A stretch of 57,543 bases of DNA, filler included, from Basidiobolus meristosporus CBS 931.73 (taxonomy: Eukaryota > Fungi > Basidiobolomycota), in NCBI GenBank assembly GCA_002104905.1. It is 3 parts of 3 records of this genome, joined end to end, with 100 filler letters (N's around TTAATTAATTAA, not from the genome) between each part and the next. Parts side by side here need not be neighbours in the genome. Positions count along the whole stretch, not along the records: positions 34,883 to 57,543 come from MCFE01000972.1; 2 more parts are not named here. One strand, given 5' to 3'. The notes under the pieces are model-generated. The model worked only from the letters and a program-made list of their open reading frames with translations, searched no databases and was not told where the DNA came from. The position numbers were made by a program, and so were the translations under genes. Positions 46,201 through 57,543 of this stretch are shown one piece after another; positions within the stretch are counted from its first letter, which is position 1; every line of letters begins with the position of its first letter.

Positions 46201-47289
46201 AGCACAATAATCTCTTATAGGGGTATCTCTCCCTTGGATTTATACACTACCACACCACTCAAAAAAGTGAAGCATATTGAGGCCATTAGAGTGCCATGCA
46301 ATTCTTGTTAAATCACAACTTAAATACCAAGTTTTTTATTTTATTTGGTAGTAAAATCAGCAAAGCACCTTGCAAATCTTGTGAAAAGATTTTGCAAACA
46401 GTCAATGATTTCAAGCTGCTGGCATCAAGATGGACTCATTGCAGGATCCTGATGGCTGATCTGGAGTGAATACACAGCAAGAACAAATTATTTTTCATAG
46501 GATATGCTCTGTTCTTATTTGTTTTGCTTCCAAACTCAATGGTGTAGAAACTGACTCATACCCAGGAGACCCAGCATAACTCAGCAAAGTTGACCAAATA
46601 TGAGTTGGTTGCTGTTGTGTCCAATCTAACTATGCATTACTTAACTGATTACATGCACATTGGGGCTGCTTAGCTTTGTGATGCCAAAGAAATAGGTGTC
46701 TCCATGTGCATATCTGTTGTTGGTATTTTCCACTTCTTCCTGGCTGTCCTCCATGTGCAAACTCATCTCATCCACAACAGACTTGAGGTAATATTCTGGA
46801 TCAGATTGGGATACAGTTGTACTTCATATTTGACTTGTCTTCCTATCTCCCATTAAATCTGCTCCACAGGAAACTACAGACAGGTGAAGGAAGGCCTACT
46901 ACTCTCCACACACTGAGTAAGATGAAGTATAGGAAGGAAGCAATAAAGGCAGAGAGCTTCATGTTTGCTTTATACCTGTAATACAGCTGCACAAATCCCA
47001 CCACAAATTCCTTGCATAAAAGCTGCAGATGTGCCAAGTTGGTATTGGTGATCTACATATGTATAAATATTCCTATGATCTCAGCATAAAATACCCAATG
47101 CTTCAGATGTGCTTTTACTATAAGTGCTTCAGAAAGCTACTTGAATAAGTTCATATCAAGCTCATCCAGTCTGTGCATAGATATATTCACACTTGTATAT
47201 GGAGCTTGATATGAGCTTGTAAGTAGTACTCTGGGTAGTGGATACTACGCCATATCTCTAACTCCTCCCTGACTCTGTATCCTATACAG

Positions 47290-48960
47290 AGACTGCATTA
47301 TCTTTGCTGCACAGAGGGAACTAAGTAGGTCAATGCCACAGACTTATATTGAGCTATTTCTCAATATTACAGTTGTGGGACATTGTAAAGTCTGCAAGGC
47401 ACAACACAGCGGCCAAAGATAGGGCCCACAGAGAAACCGGCACAAAAAGGAGGGGGAGTGATTGTGATCTTTGTACCTAAGCCTAAAATTCAAAGGTCTT
47501 TCAAGATCCCCAAGGCCATTGAGTGCAACAATGCACAGTAAGCTAATACTCACAAGGCTGTAAGAAGTCTTACATGGCATCATCTTGAGGCCAGAACACA
47601 ATAGGACCATTAGAGACTTGAGTGTTATCCTGGATTCCAGTAAGCATGTGGATTATGGGCTAGCATTGGTGCTCAAAGTAAGTATCTCACAAGTAGCAGA
47701 AACTATTGAAAGCAGAAGAACAATGGTACTATGGCTAAAATCCAGCAGCTTCTTCACATGCAAGTCACAAGCAGAGCTGAAAGATCCAAATATGCAGCAA
47801 AGAGACCTCAGATAGCCAGAAGAGTGCCAGTTAGAGATGTACAGGAAGAAATAGATGCACCAGTGCAACATTTATCAAGCAGAAAATATAGTTCAATGCA
47901 GGATGCACTCAGTCAAAGTAGCAGTGAAAGACCTAGTAAAAATAAAAAACTGCATCATTTATGGGAACTTGTCACAAGCAGGGCTGAAAGCTTCAAACAA
48001 GCAGGTAAGAGACATTAGGTAGCCAGAAGAGTTCCTGTAAGGATATGCAGGTAAAAATGGAGGCATTATTGCAGCATTTATCAAGGAGAGAATGAATTAT
48101 AGTACAACAAGCACTCAGTCAAAGTAGTAGTGGAAGACCTGAGAGTGATAAAGATGCAGGCAAAGGGAAATAAGTCAACCCAAACCAAAGACAGGGAAGT
48201 GGGGGAAAAAAGTGGCAGTTCTTGCTAGTTATTGTTATCAGCATAGAGCAGATTAAATCCCATAAAAACTAAGAAATATTACCAACAAGGTACCAGCTAT
48301 TTTGATAACAGTTGGATATGCAGCTGGCTTAGCAAGACCCCAGTAAGGTGGAGGAGTTTGTAGAGAAAGGCAATATGTCTACCATAGTCTTCACATGCTG
48401 CATTATGGTCATAGTTGAGATCCCACAAACAAGCAAAACAGCAATGTCCAGAGCTCAAAACACTATCATAATGACTATAGTGATACTTTGGAACATCAAC
48501 AGGTTCACCTAGAGGTTGAAACAAATCTTCAAGAGCAGTGCTCTGGAAAATGCACTAGAATATTGCAAGGATTTACTGGAAAGACTAACAGATGGGGTGT
48601 TATAACTTGAAGTGCCAGCTGAATCACAGAAAATATGGGAACCAGTGAATGAGTAATGCCATAAAGCCGTAGGATTTTGGCCAATGTCAAGGAAAAAGGG
48701 TGCTAGAGCAGAAAAACCTATTAAATGGTGGATTCTAATATGTTATTTGTCAAGTGTAGGCCTGGGCTTTAGGTCAGTGTTGGTATAGAGACTTCCATAG
48801 GTTAGTACAAGTGGCAGTTGCGCTACAACAGTGCTTTCAACACAAATAAGCCAATTTGTGTGCACAGAAAGTGAGTACATAGCTTGAGTTAGTAGGTAAG
48901 GGATGTGAGAAAGAAGCAATTGTTGATATATTGATCTATTTAGTATCATTCTGCAGCTAA
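47290..48960 (+). repeat. Further decayed copy of family X
   Basis: Same segment order (tttgctgca.agag.gaact, agaagagtgcca, gagcagtgctc..gaaaa.gcact.gaatattgca). Confidence 0.65.
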
Positions 48961-49056
48961 GAACTTACTTAACTACTGGGGACTAGTCTTGGTCCCTGTG
49001 GGACAAACTTACAGCCCTAACTTTGGCACTTTCTCCAGATGTTCAATCCTATGATT

Positions 49057-52000
49057 TGTTATGATCTGCCGCTTGAATGTTTAAGTTAGATCAGTTTTTA
49101 GTCAAATCAGTTAGTATATGTTTAGGTTATCAGTACATCAGTATTATCTATGAAATCAGTAGCATTAGTCAGCAAATGAATCAGCAGATCCTTATCAGAC
49201 AGAAGTAGATATATTAAGTAGGATCTTATTGGGTGATGATGATGCAATCAAATGAGTCATCAGCCACAACCTACATTAGGAAATACAATTAGTCAGCAAT
49301 TGATCTGGCAAAATGTATATAAGGAGCTGCTGGAACCTCAATAAAAATCAGTTCAAGTTTTAGTGAATACAATACTAGCTAAACTCCCTATTCCTCTACA
49401 ACTCTTATACCAAGACTTGTAACATTGGTAGCAGCGATAACCAGAAACCTCCCTCCTGAAGAAAGAAGAAACCACCCTCAAGATGTCGGACAATCAAGAA
49501 TGGAAGAATGCCATGCAGCAAATCCTGGCCCAACAGCAACAGCTACTCCAGATCCTCAGCCAACAGCAACAAGGAATGACTACCATGGCTCAGAGCCAGC
49601 AAAGCCCTGTCAAGAGCAACTTTAGTGTGAAGGTCAACCGGTACCATGGCAGAGTCAATGAAAACCTGGGAACTTGGCTCTTTCAGATTGAAGAAGCTTT
49701 TAAAGCTAAAGGAATTGCTCCAGAGAGCAAGTTGCATTATGCAGCTTCTTACCTGGCAGATGCAGCTTTACAGTGGTACCACAACAAGATCAGGTCAGCT
49801 ACTATGATGGGATGCTCTACAATCTCTACCTGGGATGAGTTTGTGTCGGAAATTCAGGATGCTTTTGAACCTCCACACCAGCAGACACTACTAAGAAGGA
49901 AGTTAAAGACACTCAGACAGAAAGGAATGGTGCAAGAATACATCTATGAGTACAGATGTCTACTTGGACAAATTGAAAGAATGGACCCCTTGGATCAAGT
50001 TGAATACTTTATTGATGGGTTGAAAGAAAGAACTCGCAAGGAAGTCAATTACCAAAGACCTCAGACTATTGAAGAAGCCATCAAGATTGCCATTGACTAT
50101 GACTCAGCTATGTTTGGAGTTGGGAAGCCTACAGTGACTAGTCAGAAAGGCTATAATCATTATGAAAGAAGACAATCAGAAGCAGTACCAATGGAAATAG
50201 ACGCTATGCAGAAGAATCCCTCCTCAGAAGAATGCAAGAAGAGAGGACTTTGCTTCAATTGCCACCAGCAGGGACATATTGCAAAGTACTGCCCTCAGAG
50301 AAGAAATGGACACCAGCCAACAAGAACCTTCAACCATATTGAGTCCCATGAACACAGTAATGTGGAAGATGAGCTTGAAGAAGACTCGGAACTCACCTTC
50401 CATATGACAGAAGAGTACTTGTCCCAAATGACTTCAAACTCAGGGAAGTTATTGTACCTGAATGGAGCAATCAATGGAGTACCTGCCAAGATCATGATTG
50501 ACTCAGGAGCATCGCATGAGTACATGTCAGAGCAATTTGCTTTGAAAGCTGGAATCAATTCGGAACCTACCAAATCAACTTCAGTCTCCACAGCTGATGG
50601 GAACTCCCACATAATCAACCGTATTACCCAGCCAGTAAGAATGAAGATCAATGACTATGAAGAAGACCTACAGGCTTATATATTTGGGAACTGCAAGTTT
50701 GACCTTGTACTTGGGAAAACCTGGCTATTTTGTCGTAATCCATCAATCAACTGGAGAACCCATGCTACTCAGATCCAAAAAGACAACAAGACCTATGAGC
50801 TATTACCTGCCAGGCTGGATTTCAACTTGGTCAATTCCAGTGTGTGTGAGACAAGTGAACTTAGCAAGACCCAGTTCTGTAGAGCACTTAGAAAAGGTAC
50901 CCAGATGTTCCTCATGGCGGTATTACAGGAGGATTCCTCTATCCCAGCACCCCAGCAGGTCCAGACTCTCTTGAAGAAATATTCAGACGTGTTTCCAGAT
51001 GAGCTTGTAAGCCTACCACCAGTCAGAGACGTGGATCATGCCATGGACACAGGAGATAGCCCTCCAGTGAGCAAGACACCTTACAGAATGAGTCCATTGG
51101 AATTGGAGGAAATGAAGAAACAAATTGATCAGCTATTGGAGCAAGGATACATCAGGCCCAGCAAGTCACCTTGGGGAGCACCAGTGCTTTTTGTGAAAAA
51201 GAAGGATGGAACACTTAGGATGTGCATTGACTACAGAGCCCTGAACTCAGTTACCGTCAAGAATAAGTACCCCATACCTCGGATTGATGAGCTTTTGGAC
51301 CAACTTAATGGAGCCACTATTTTCAGCAAGATCGACCTCATGTCAGGATACAACCAGATTAGGGTGAAACCAGAAGATATCCCTAAGACAGCATTCAGGA
51401 CCAGATATGGACATTACGAGTACTTAGTCATGAGTTTTGGCCTCACTAATGCCCCTGCAACATTCATGACGCTGATGCAGACTGTCTTTCAGGAGTACTT
51501 AGACAAGTTTGTGATAATCTACCTGGATGACATATTGATATACAGCAAGACAGAAAAGGATCACATGGTGCACATTGAAAAGGTCTTGAAGAAACTAAGA
51601 GAGAACAAGCTATACGGCAAGCTAGCCAAGTGTGAATTCTTCAAGGAACACGTAGAATATCTGGGACACATAGTGACTAGCACAGGAGTAACCTTAGACC
51701 CCAAGAAGGTGGAAGTAATCAAGAATTTGAAGCAGCCCCATAGCATATCAGAACTCAGATCCTTCCTTGGAATGGTTTCCTATTATCGGAGATTTGTCAA
51801 GTCATTTGCAAGTATTGCAGCCCCTTTAACTGATATCCTCAAGAAAGACAATACCTACAAGTGGGACATAGCTTGTGAGACTGCCTTCCAGACACTAAAG
51901 AATGAACTTGCTAAGCTGCCAAGCTTAAGAATACCAGACTTCAGAAAAGAGTTCACTCTGTGCACAGATGCTTCAGATTATGCAATTGGTGGAGTGCTGA

Positions 52001-53994
52001 GCCAAGAACACGAGGGAAAGGACTACCCTGTTGCCTTTGAATCCAAGAAACTGAACTCAGCAGAACAAAACTATCCAGTTCATGAGAAGGAGATGCTTGC
52101 TATAATACACTGTTTGAAGACATGGAGATGCTATATTGAAGGAGTCAAATGCACTGTGAAGACTGATCATGCCTCCCTCAAGTATATATTTACTCAGAAG
52201 GTACTCTCTAGAAGAATGACAAGATGGAGTGAATACATTCAGCAATTTGACCTGGAGATTGTCTACTGTCCTGGAAAAAACAACACGGTTGCTGATGCCT
52301 TATCAAGATTAGATCAAGTTGCACAACTCAACTTGGTGCATGAATCAGATTGGCCTAGCCTATTACCAAAGTACTTGGAGGACCAAGCCATTCCTAATGA
52401 GGTGGATGAAGATATCAAGAAGATAATCCGTGATGAGGCCAGCAAATTTGTTGTACAGAATGAAACACTCTACCAAATTGTTGATGGAAGCCCTATTGCC
52501 TATTGTCCTTATGTTGCTCGCCTGGATTTAATACATAAGCTACACAATGGATATGGACATCTTGGGATTGAAGGAACCTATAGCCTTGTAAAAGCCAGAG
52601 CATGGTGGCCCAGAATGAAACAAGACATTGAGAAGCTAGTAAAAACATGCCCAAACTGCCAAATCAATCAAGGCCAGCCACAAAGAATTGCCGAACTCTT
52701 CCCTTTGGAGCCTGTAAGACCATTTGAGAGATGGGGAATTGACTTTATTGGAAGACTGCCAACTACCAGGAAATGCAACCGTTGGATCCTAGTAGCAATT
52801 GACCATGCCACTAAATGACCAGTTGCTAAAGCTGTACCAATAGCCAGTGAACAAGAAGTTGCAAGTTTCATTTACCATGAGATCCTGATGAAGTTTGGAT
52901 GCCCTGTGGAGATCTTATCCGATAGAGGTGCAAACTTTATGGCAAAGACATTAGAGGCTTACCTGGAAATGCAGCAGATCAGACACTTGAAAACCTCGGC
53001 ATATCACCCCAGAACTAATGGAGTCACTGAGCGGTTTAATGGATTATTTGGAAAAATGCTGACCAAGTATGCAAATGGAGTTGTCAGTAGATGGGATGAG
53101 TATATAGACCAAGCACTCTTTGCATGCAGAGTCAGAGTACACAACACCACCCAGCAATCACCATTTTACTTAGTTTATGGATGTGAACCAAGGATTCCAG
53201 GAGATCTCACACAACCAAAGCTTACAGACACCTTAGAAGATGAACTCAGTCAGCCAAGTAGACACCAGCAACTGGAACAAAGACGTCAAGAGGCACAGAC
53301 CAAAGTATCTCAAAGTGCAGAAAAGATGAAGCAGAGATTTGATAAGACTATAGCACCAGAAGCATTGACAGTTGGGAACTTTGTATTGCTAAGAAACAAC
53401 ACTCGGAAGAAGTTTGAGCCACAATGGACAGGACCATTCAAGATCATCAGAGAATGTCCATTTGCAACTTACCAACTGGTGGACAAACAAGGCAATATCC
53501 GGGAAGACTTAGTGCATAGGGACAGACTCAAGCTTGCAAGACTTGCTGATAATACTGAACCATCAAGATATTGGTATCACAAGAAAAGAGATTCAGGAGA
53601 ACCCTCTCAACTTTAGTAGGGGAGAATGTTATGATCTGCCGCTTGAATGTTTAAGTTAGATCAGTTTTTAGTCAAATCAGTTAGTATATGTTTAGGTTAT
53701 CAGTACATCAGTATTATCTATGAAATCAGTAGCATTAGTCAGCAAATGAATCAGCAGATCCTTATCAGACAGAAGTAGATATATTAAGTAGGATCTTATT
53801 GGGTGATGATGATGCAATCAAATGAGTCATCAGCCACAACCTACATTAGGAAATACAATTAGTCAGCAATTGATCTGGCAAAATGTATATAAGGAGCTGC
53901 TGGAACCTCAATAAAAATCAGTTCAAGTTTTAGTGAATACAATACTAGCTAAACTCCCTATTCCTCTACAACTCTTATACCAAGACTTGTAACA
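49057..53994 (+). mobile_element. Full-length Ty3/gypsy LTR retrotransposon, recent insertion
   Basis: 368-bp LTRs (49057-49424, 53627-53994), TG...CA, identical by eye; TSD GATT; PBS TGGTAGCAG at 49426 (initiator-Met type); PPT 53615-53626. Confidence 0.97.
49483..53616 (+). CDS. Gypsy gag-pol single frame (Gag, CCHC, protease, RT, RNase H, integrase), one in-frame TGA at 52816-52818
   Basis: [35 protein letters not shown] integrase, GPF; the 52888-53616 ORF is in frame with 49483-52818. Confidence 0.93.
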
Positions 53995-54002
53995 GATTAT
54001 TC

Positions 54003-57000
54003 TGTTGCAATTTAAGAAGTGATTTGGATATAAGGAACTTATCAAGAAATAGTGATAATAGTTGAACTGTTGTTTATTCATAAAGAAGCTCAGTATTTAT
54101 ACCTTTGTAGAAGTAATACAGCTGCAACACTAAGTAGGGAGGGTTTCTCAATATTCAGGAGCATTCTGTAACAGTTTCAGGGTTAGTACATAATGTTTGG
54201 TAATAGTGCTAATTTGATCCTGACTATAGGGGAATAATCATAAGATCATATATCTGGAGAAAGTGGCAAAGTTAAGGCAGTAAATGAGTCATACAGTGAC
54301 TAAGACTAGCCTAGGATTGTTAAGTAAATTTTTAGCTGCTGAATGATACCAAATAGTCCAATATTTCAACACTCCCCCTCAACTAAATAATTTCTTAATC
54401 CCAATTTCTCTCTAAGGATCTCAAACTGTGGCCTAGCTAGTGGTTTTGTCAATATGTCTGCCACCATTTTGTCAGTTGGGCAGTAAACCAGCTCTACTAA
54501 GTATTTTCTACAGCTTCCCTCACAAAGTGATGCTGTATATCAATGTGCTTAGTTCTGGCATGATTAGTAGGATTTCTAGCTAATGAAATACAACTTTGAT
54601 TATCCTTGTAAATACATGTTGGTTCACCTGAATTAAAACCTAAGTCTTTGAATAATTTTTGTAGCCATATAGCCTCCTTAGTTGCTTGACATGCAGCCAT
54701 ATATTTGGCTTCAGTTGTAGATAGTGCCACAGTTGGTTGTTTCTTGCAATTCCAAGTAATAGCTGCACCAGCATAAAGAAATACATAGCCTGTGGTAGAG
54801 CGTCTGTCAATCAGATCCCTACCCCAATCTGAATCACTATAACCATCAAATTTTTGCCTATTAGCTGCTCCAGAGTATTCCAGTACCATATTTATGGTAC
54901 CTTGTAGATATCTGAAAATCCGCTTAACTGCTGCAATTTGATCTGATCCATAATTCTGCATGAATTGACTGACTATTCCAACTGCTACTGCAATATCTGG
55001 ACATGTAGACACCATCAAGTACATTAGGCTACCAACCATTGATTGATAGGGAAAGTTTTGGTCCATATTTGAGCCGTTTTCATCTATAACTGGCTGAGAT
55101 TTGCTTAATTTCAGGTTATTGTCCATAGGGGTTGCTGCAGGCTTGCAATTTTCCATTTTGAAGCGTCTAAGAATGTCCCTGATGTACTTAGACTGATTCA
55201 GCACAATTTTCTGCGTAGGTATGTCAAATTTGACCTCAATTCCAAGAAAATAGCTCAATTTTCCAAGATCTTTCATCTCAAACTTGCTGAAGAGATCTGA
55301 TTTTGTCTGTTTAAGTGCCTCTTGATCACTTGTAGCTATAATTAGGTCGTCCACATAAAGAACTAGGATGATCACACCCTTTTTGAGCTGTTTCACATAT
55401 ATACTGTGATCTGCAGTGCTACAAGAGAACCCAATTTCCTCTAGATATGTGTCAATCTTGTTATACCATGCTCTGGGTGCCTGCTTAAGCCCATACAACA
55501 ATTTTCTAAGTTTGCACACCTTATGGGGGCTTTTTGGATTGGTAAAACCTTCTGGTTGCTCCATATATATAGTTTCTTGCAAATCCCCATTTAGAAAGGC
55601 TGTTTTGACGTCCATTTGGTGTAGATCTAGACTGTGTACAGCTGCCAGGGCTAGAACTGTCCTAATAGAGTTAAACTTGGCAACCGGAGCAAATGTTTCC
55701 TTAAAGTCTAGTCCCTGGATCTGGGAATAGCCTTTAGCTACCAATCTAGCCTTGTACTTATCAACGGCACCATTTGAGGTTATCTTGATCTTGTAGACCC
55801 ATCTACATCCTATTGGCTTTCTCCCATTTGGTAAATCTACCAGTTCCCACGTTTTTGCCTTGATCAGTGATTGGTACTCCTCCTGCATGGCTTGTTGCCA
55901 CTTAGTAGCATCTGGACCTTGCATTGCCTGTTCCAGATTCTGAGGTTTGGCACATAAGGCAAGATAAGCTTCTTCATGATCATTGGATGTCTGCCACCAG
56001 GATCCAGGGGCATTTCTTATTCTGGTAGATCTCCTAACTGGGATAATCTGTTCTGATCTGGAACTGGTAGAAGTATCTTCCATCTCTGGCTGGATTTGGT
56101 ACGTATCTTCTTCATTTGTGTTGATTGCATCATCAGGCAGCTGGCCAATGATTTCTGTGGCTTTCTGATCTGAATTCTCCTCAAATACAACGTCCCTGCT
56201 CTTGATCAGCTTCTGAATTTTGCCATCATACACTCTATACCCTTTAGTATCTTCACAATACCCAAGAAAGATCCCTTTTCTACTCTTTGGTTCCAACTTT
56301 GAGCGTTTTTTGTCAGGGATGTGATAAAAAACATCACTGCCAAAGATCCTGAGGTGCTGGAGATCTGGTTTTTTGCCTGTATATGCTTCAAAGGGTGTAG
56401 AATCACGTAGTGCTGTTGTTGGGCATCTGTTCTTGATGTATACAGCGGTAGCAACAGATTCAGCCCAAAACTTGTAGTCCATTCCCTTATCATGTAGCAT
56501 AGATCTTCCCATCTCTACTATTGTTCTATTTGCACGTTCTGCTACTCCATTTTGCTGTGGAGTATGAGGAACTGTGGTCTGTTGAAGTATACCAGTAGAC
56601 AAGCAGTATTTTGCAAACTCCTTTGAGCAGTATTCTCCTCCATTGTCACTTTGTAGTACCTTCAATTTACACCCAGTTTGTGTTTCTGCCATGTTCTTGA
56701 AGTGCTTAAACGTCTCTAAAGCTTCATCCTTTGTTTTGAGGAAGTACACCCATGTATATCTTGTCTTGTCATCAATAAACGTCATAAAGTATCTCTTGGC
56801 TCCAAAGGACAGTGTTCTCATGGGGCCACATATGTCTGAGTGTACAATAGCCAATATTTTCGGTGGTATTGATGCCTTCTGAGCTCTTGAAACGTTGCCT
56901 AGCTTGTTTGCCATATGAACATCCCTTACAAACATTCAATTTGATTGGAATTGAGTATTTTAGGCCCAAAACAAGCTGATTTTTCACCAATTGGCTCATT

Positions 57001-57543
57001 TTCTGTTCCCCTATGTGTCCTAGCCTCCTATGCCACGTCTCCCAGTTGGTTTCATCAGTTTCAGCAATGTTGACATACTCAGGTACAATGATCTTGCATT
57101 GTAACTTGTATATATTGTGATCTCTGATTCCCAAAGCTAATTTTTGTCCATTTTCACTCAATATTGAGCAGCTCAGCTTAGTAAAAACAAATTTCAGTCC
57201 CTGAGTAGTTGCTTTACTGACTGAGAGTAGGTTCTTAGCTATTCCAGGTACATAGAGTACGTCAGTCAGTTTTGCTGTTGTTGCCCCTGAGTTATCACTC
57301 ATATTTAGTTGTATAGACCCACTGGCGGTAGCTTCCAATGCAGAGTTATCTCCCAGATAAACCTTTCTTACGGGAATAGTCTTTAAGTTGCTGAACCAAT
57401 CCTTTATACCACAAATATGCTGTGATGCTCCAGAGTCAATATACCATTCATTACTTTGGTTACTTGCACTCTCTTGTACAGTGACAAATAGCTGTTCATC
57501 AGTAGTTATATGGTTTGCTGCTCTATGTTTCTGTTTTTTGTCT
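54003..57543 (-). mobile_element. Ty1/copia LTR retrotransposon, 5' part beyond the window; 3' LTR 54003-54371
   Basis: GAG-pre-integrase WHRRLGH, integrase HSDICGP...SDNGGEY...QQNGVAER, RT YKARLVAKG...YVDD, RNase H; PPT GAGGGGGAG; LTR TGTTG...CAACA; 1-nt frameshifts near 56857-56860 and 54500. Confidence 0.95.

Noticed and set aside
52816-52818. UGA=Trp alternative genetic code suggested by in-frame TGAs in two retroelements
   Set aside because: Host nuclear genes here use TGG for Trp, and NDUFS3 ends in TGA.

Overview
Fungal nuclear DNA, most like an early-diverging (Zoopagomycota/Mucoromycota-type) fungus; this is judged from gene style only. It consists of three contigs joined by artificial 100-nt N/TTAATTAATTAA/N linkers (18112-18211, 34783-34882). 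Contig A (1-18111) is a chromosome end: a subtelomere (HSP31-like gene, decayed secreted-protein genes, a 2357-bp-period duplication), then an array of telomere-embedded retroelements, then (TTAGGG)34. The array holds an APE-RT LINE (one full copy, a 642-bp and a 58-bp 5'-truncated copy) alternating with three 519-bp tRNA-headed SINEs that share the LINE's 3' stem-loop. All point the same way, end in oligo(C) rather than poly(A), and are separated by only 1-2 telomere repeats. The LINE joins ORF1 to ORF2 in frame across a TGA-CTA readthrough context, has no CpG that I could find over 4.3 kb, and is preceded by a captured 5' fragment of the host ZNF207/BuGZ gene. This LINE/SINE telomere system is the main candidate novelty. 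Contig B (18212-34782) has decayed repeats then a compact housekeeping cluster (CC1-box coiled-coil protein, NDUFS3, MRPL36, RCY1, HIU hydrolase, RSM25, SCM3-like, CGR1, tRNA-Arg). Contig C (34883-57543) is a transposon graveyard with a young Ty3/gypsy element, copia elements, solo LTRs, a foldback element and a multicopy unknown gene family. Several conserved genes carry homopolymer frameshifts, so single-base frameshifts here may be assembly errors. All analysis was by eye; no searches were run.
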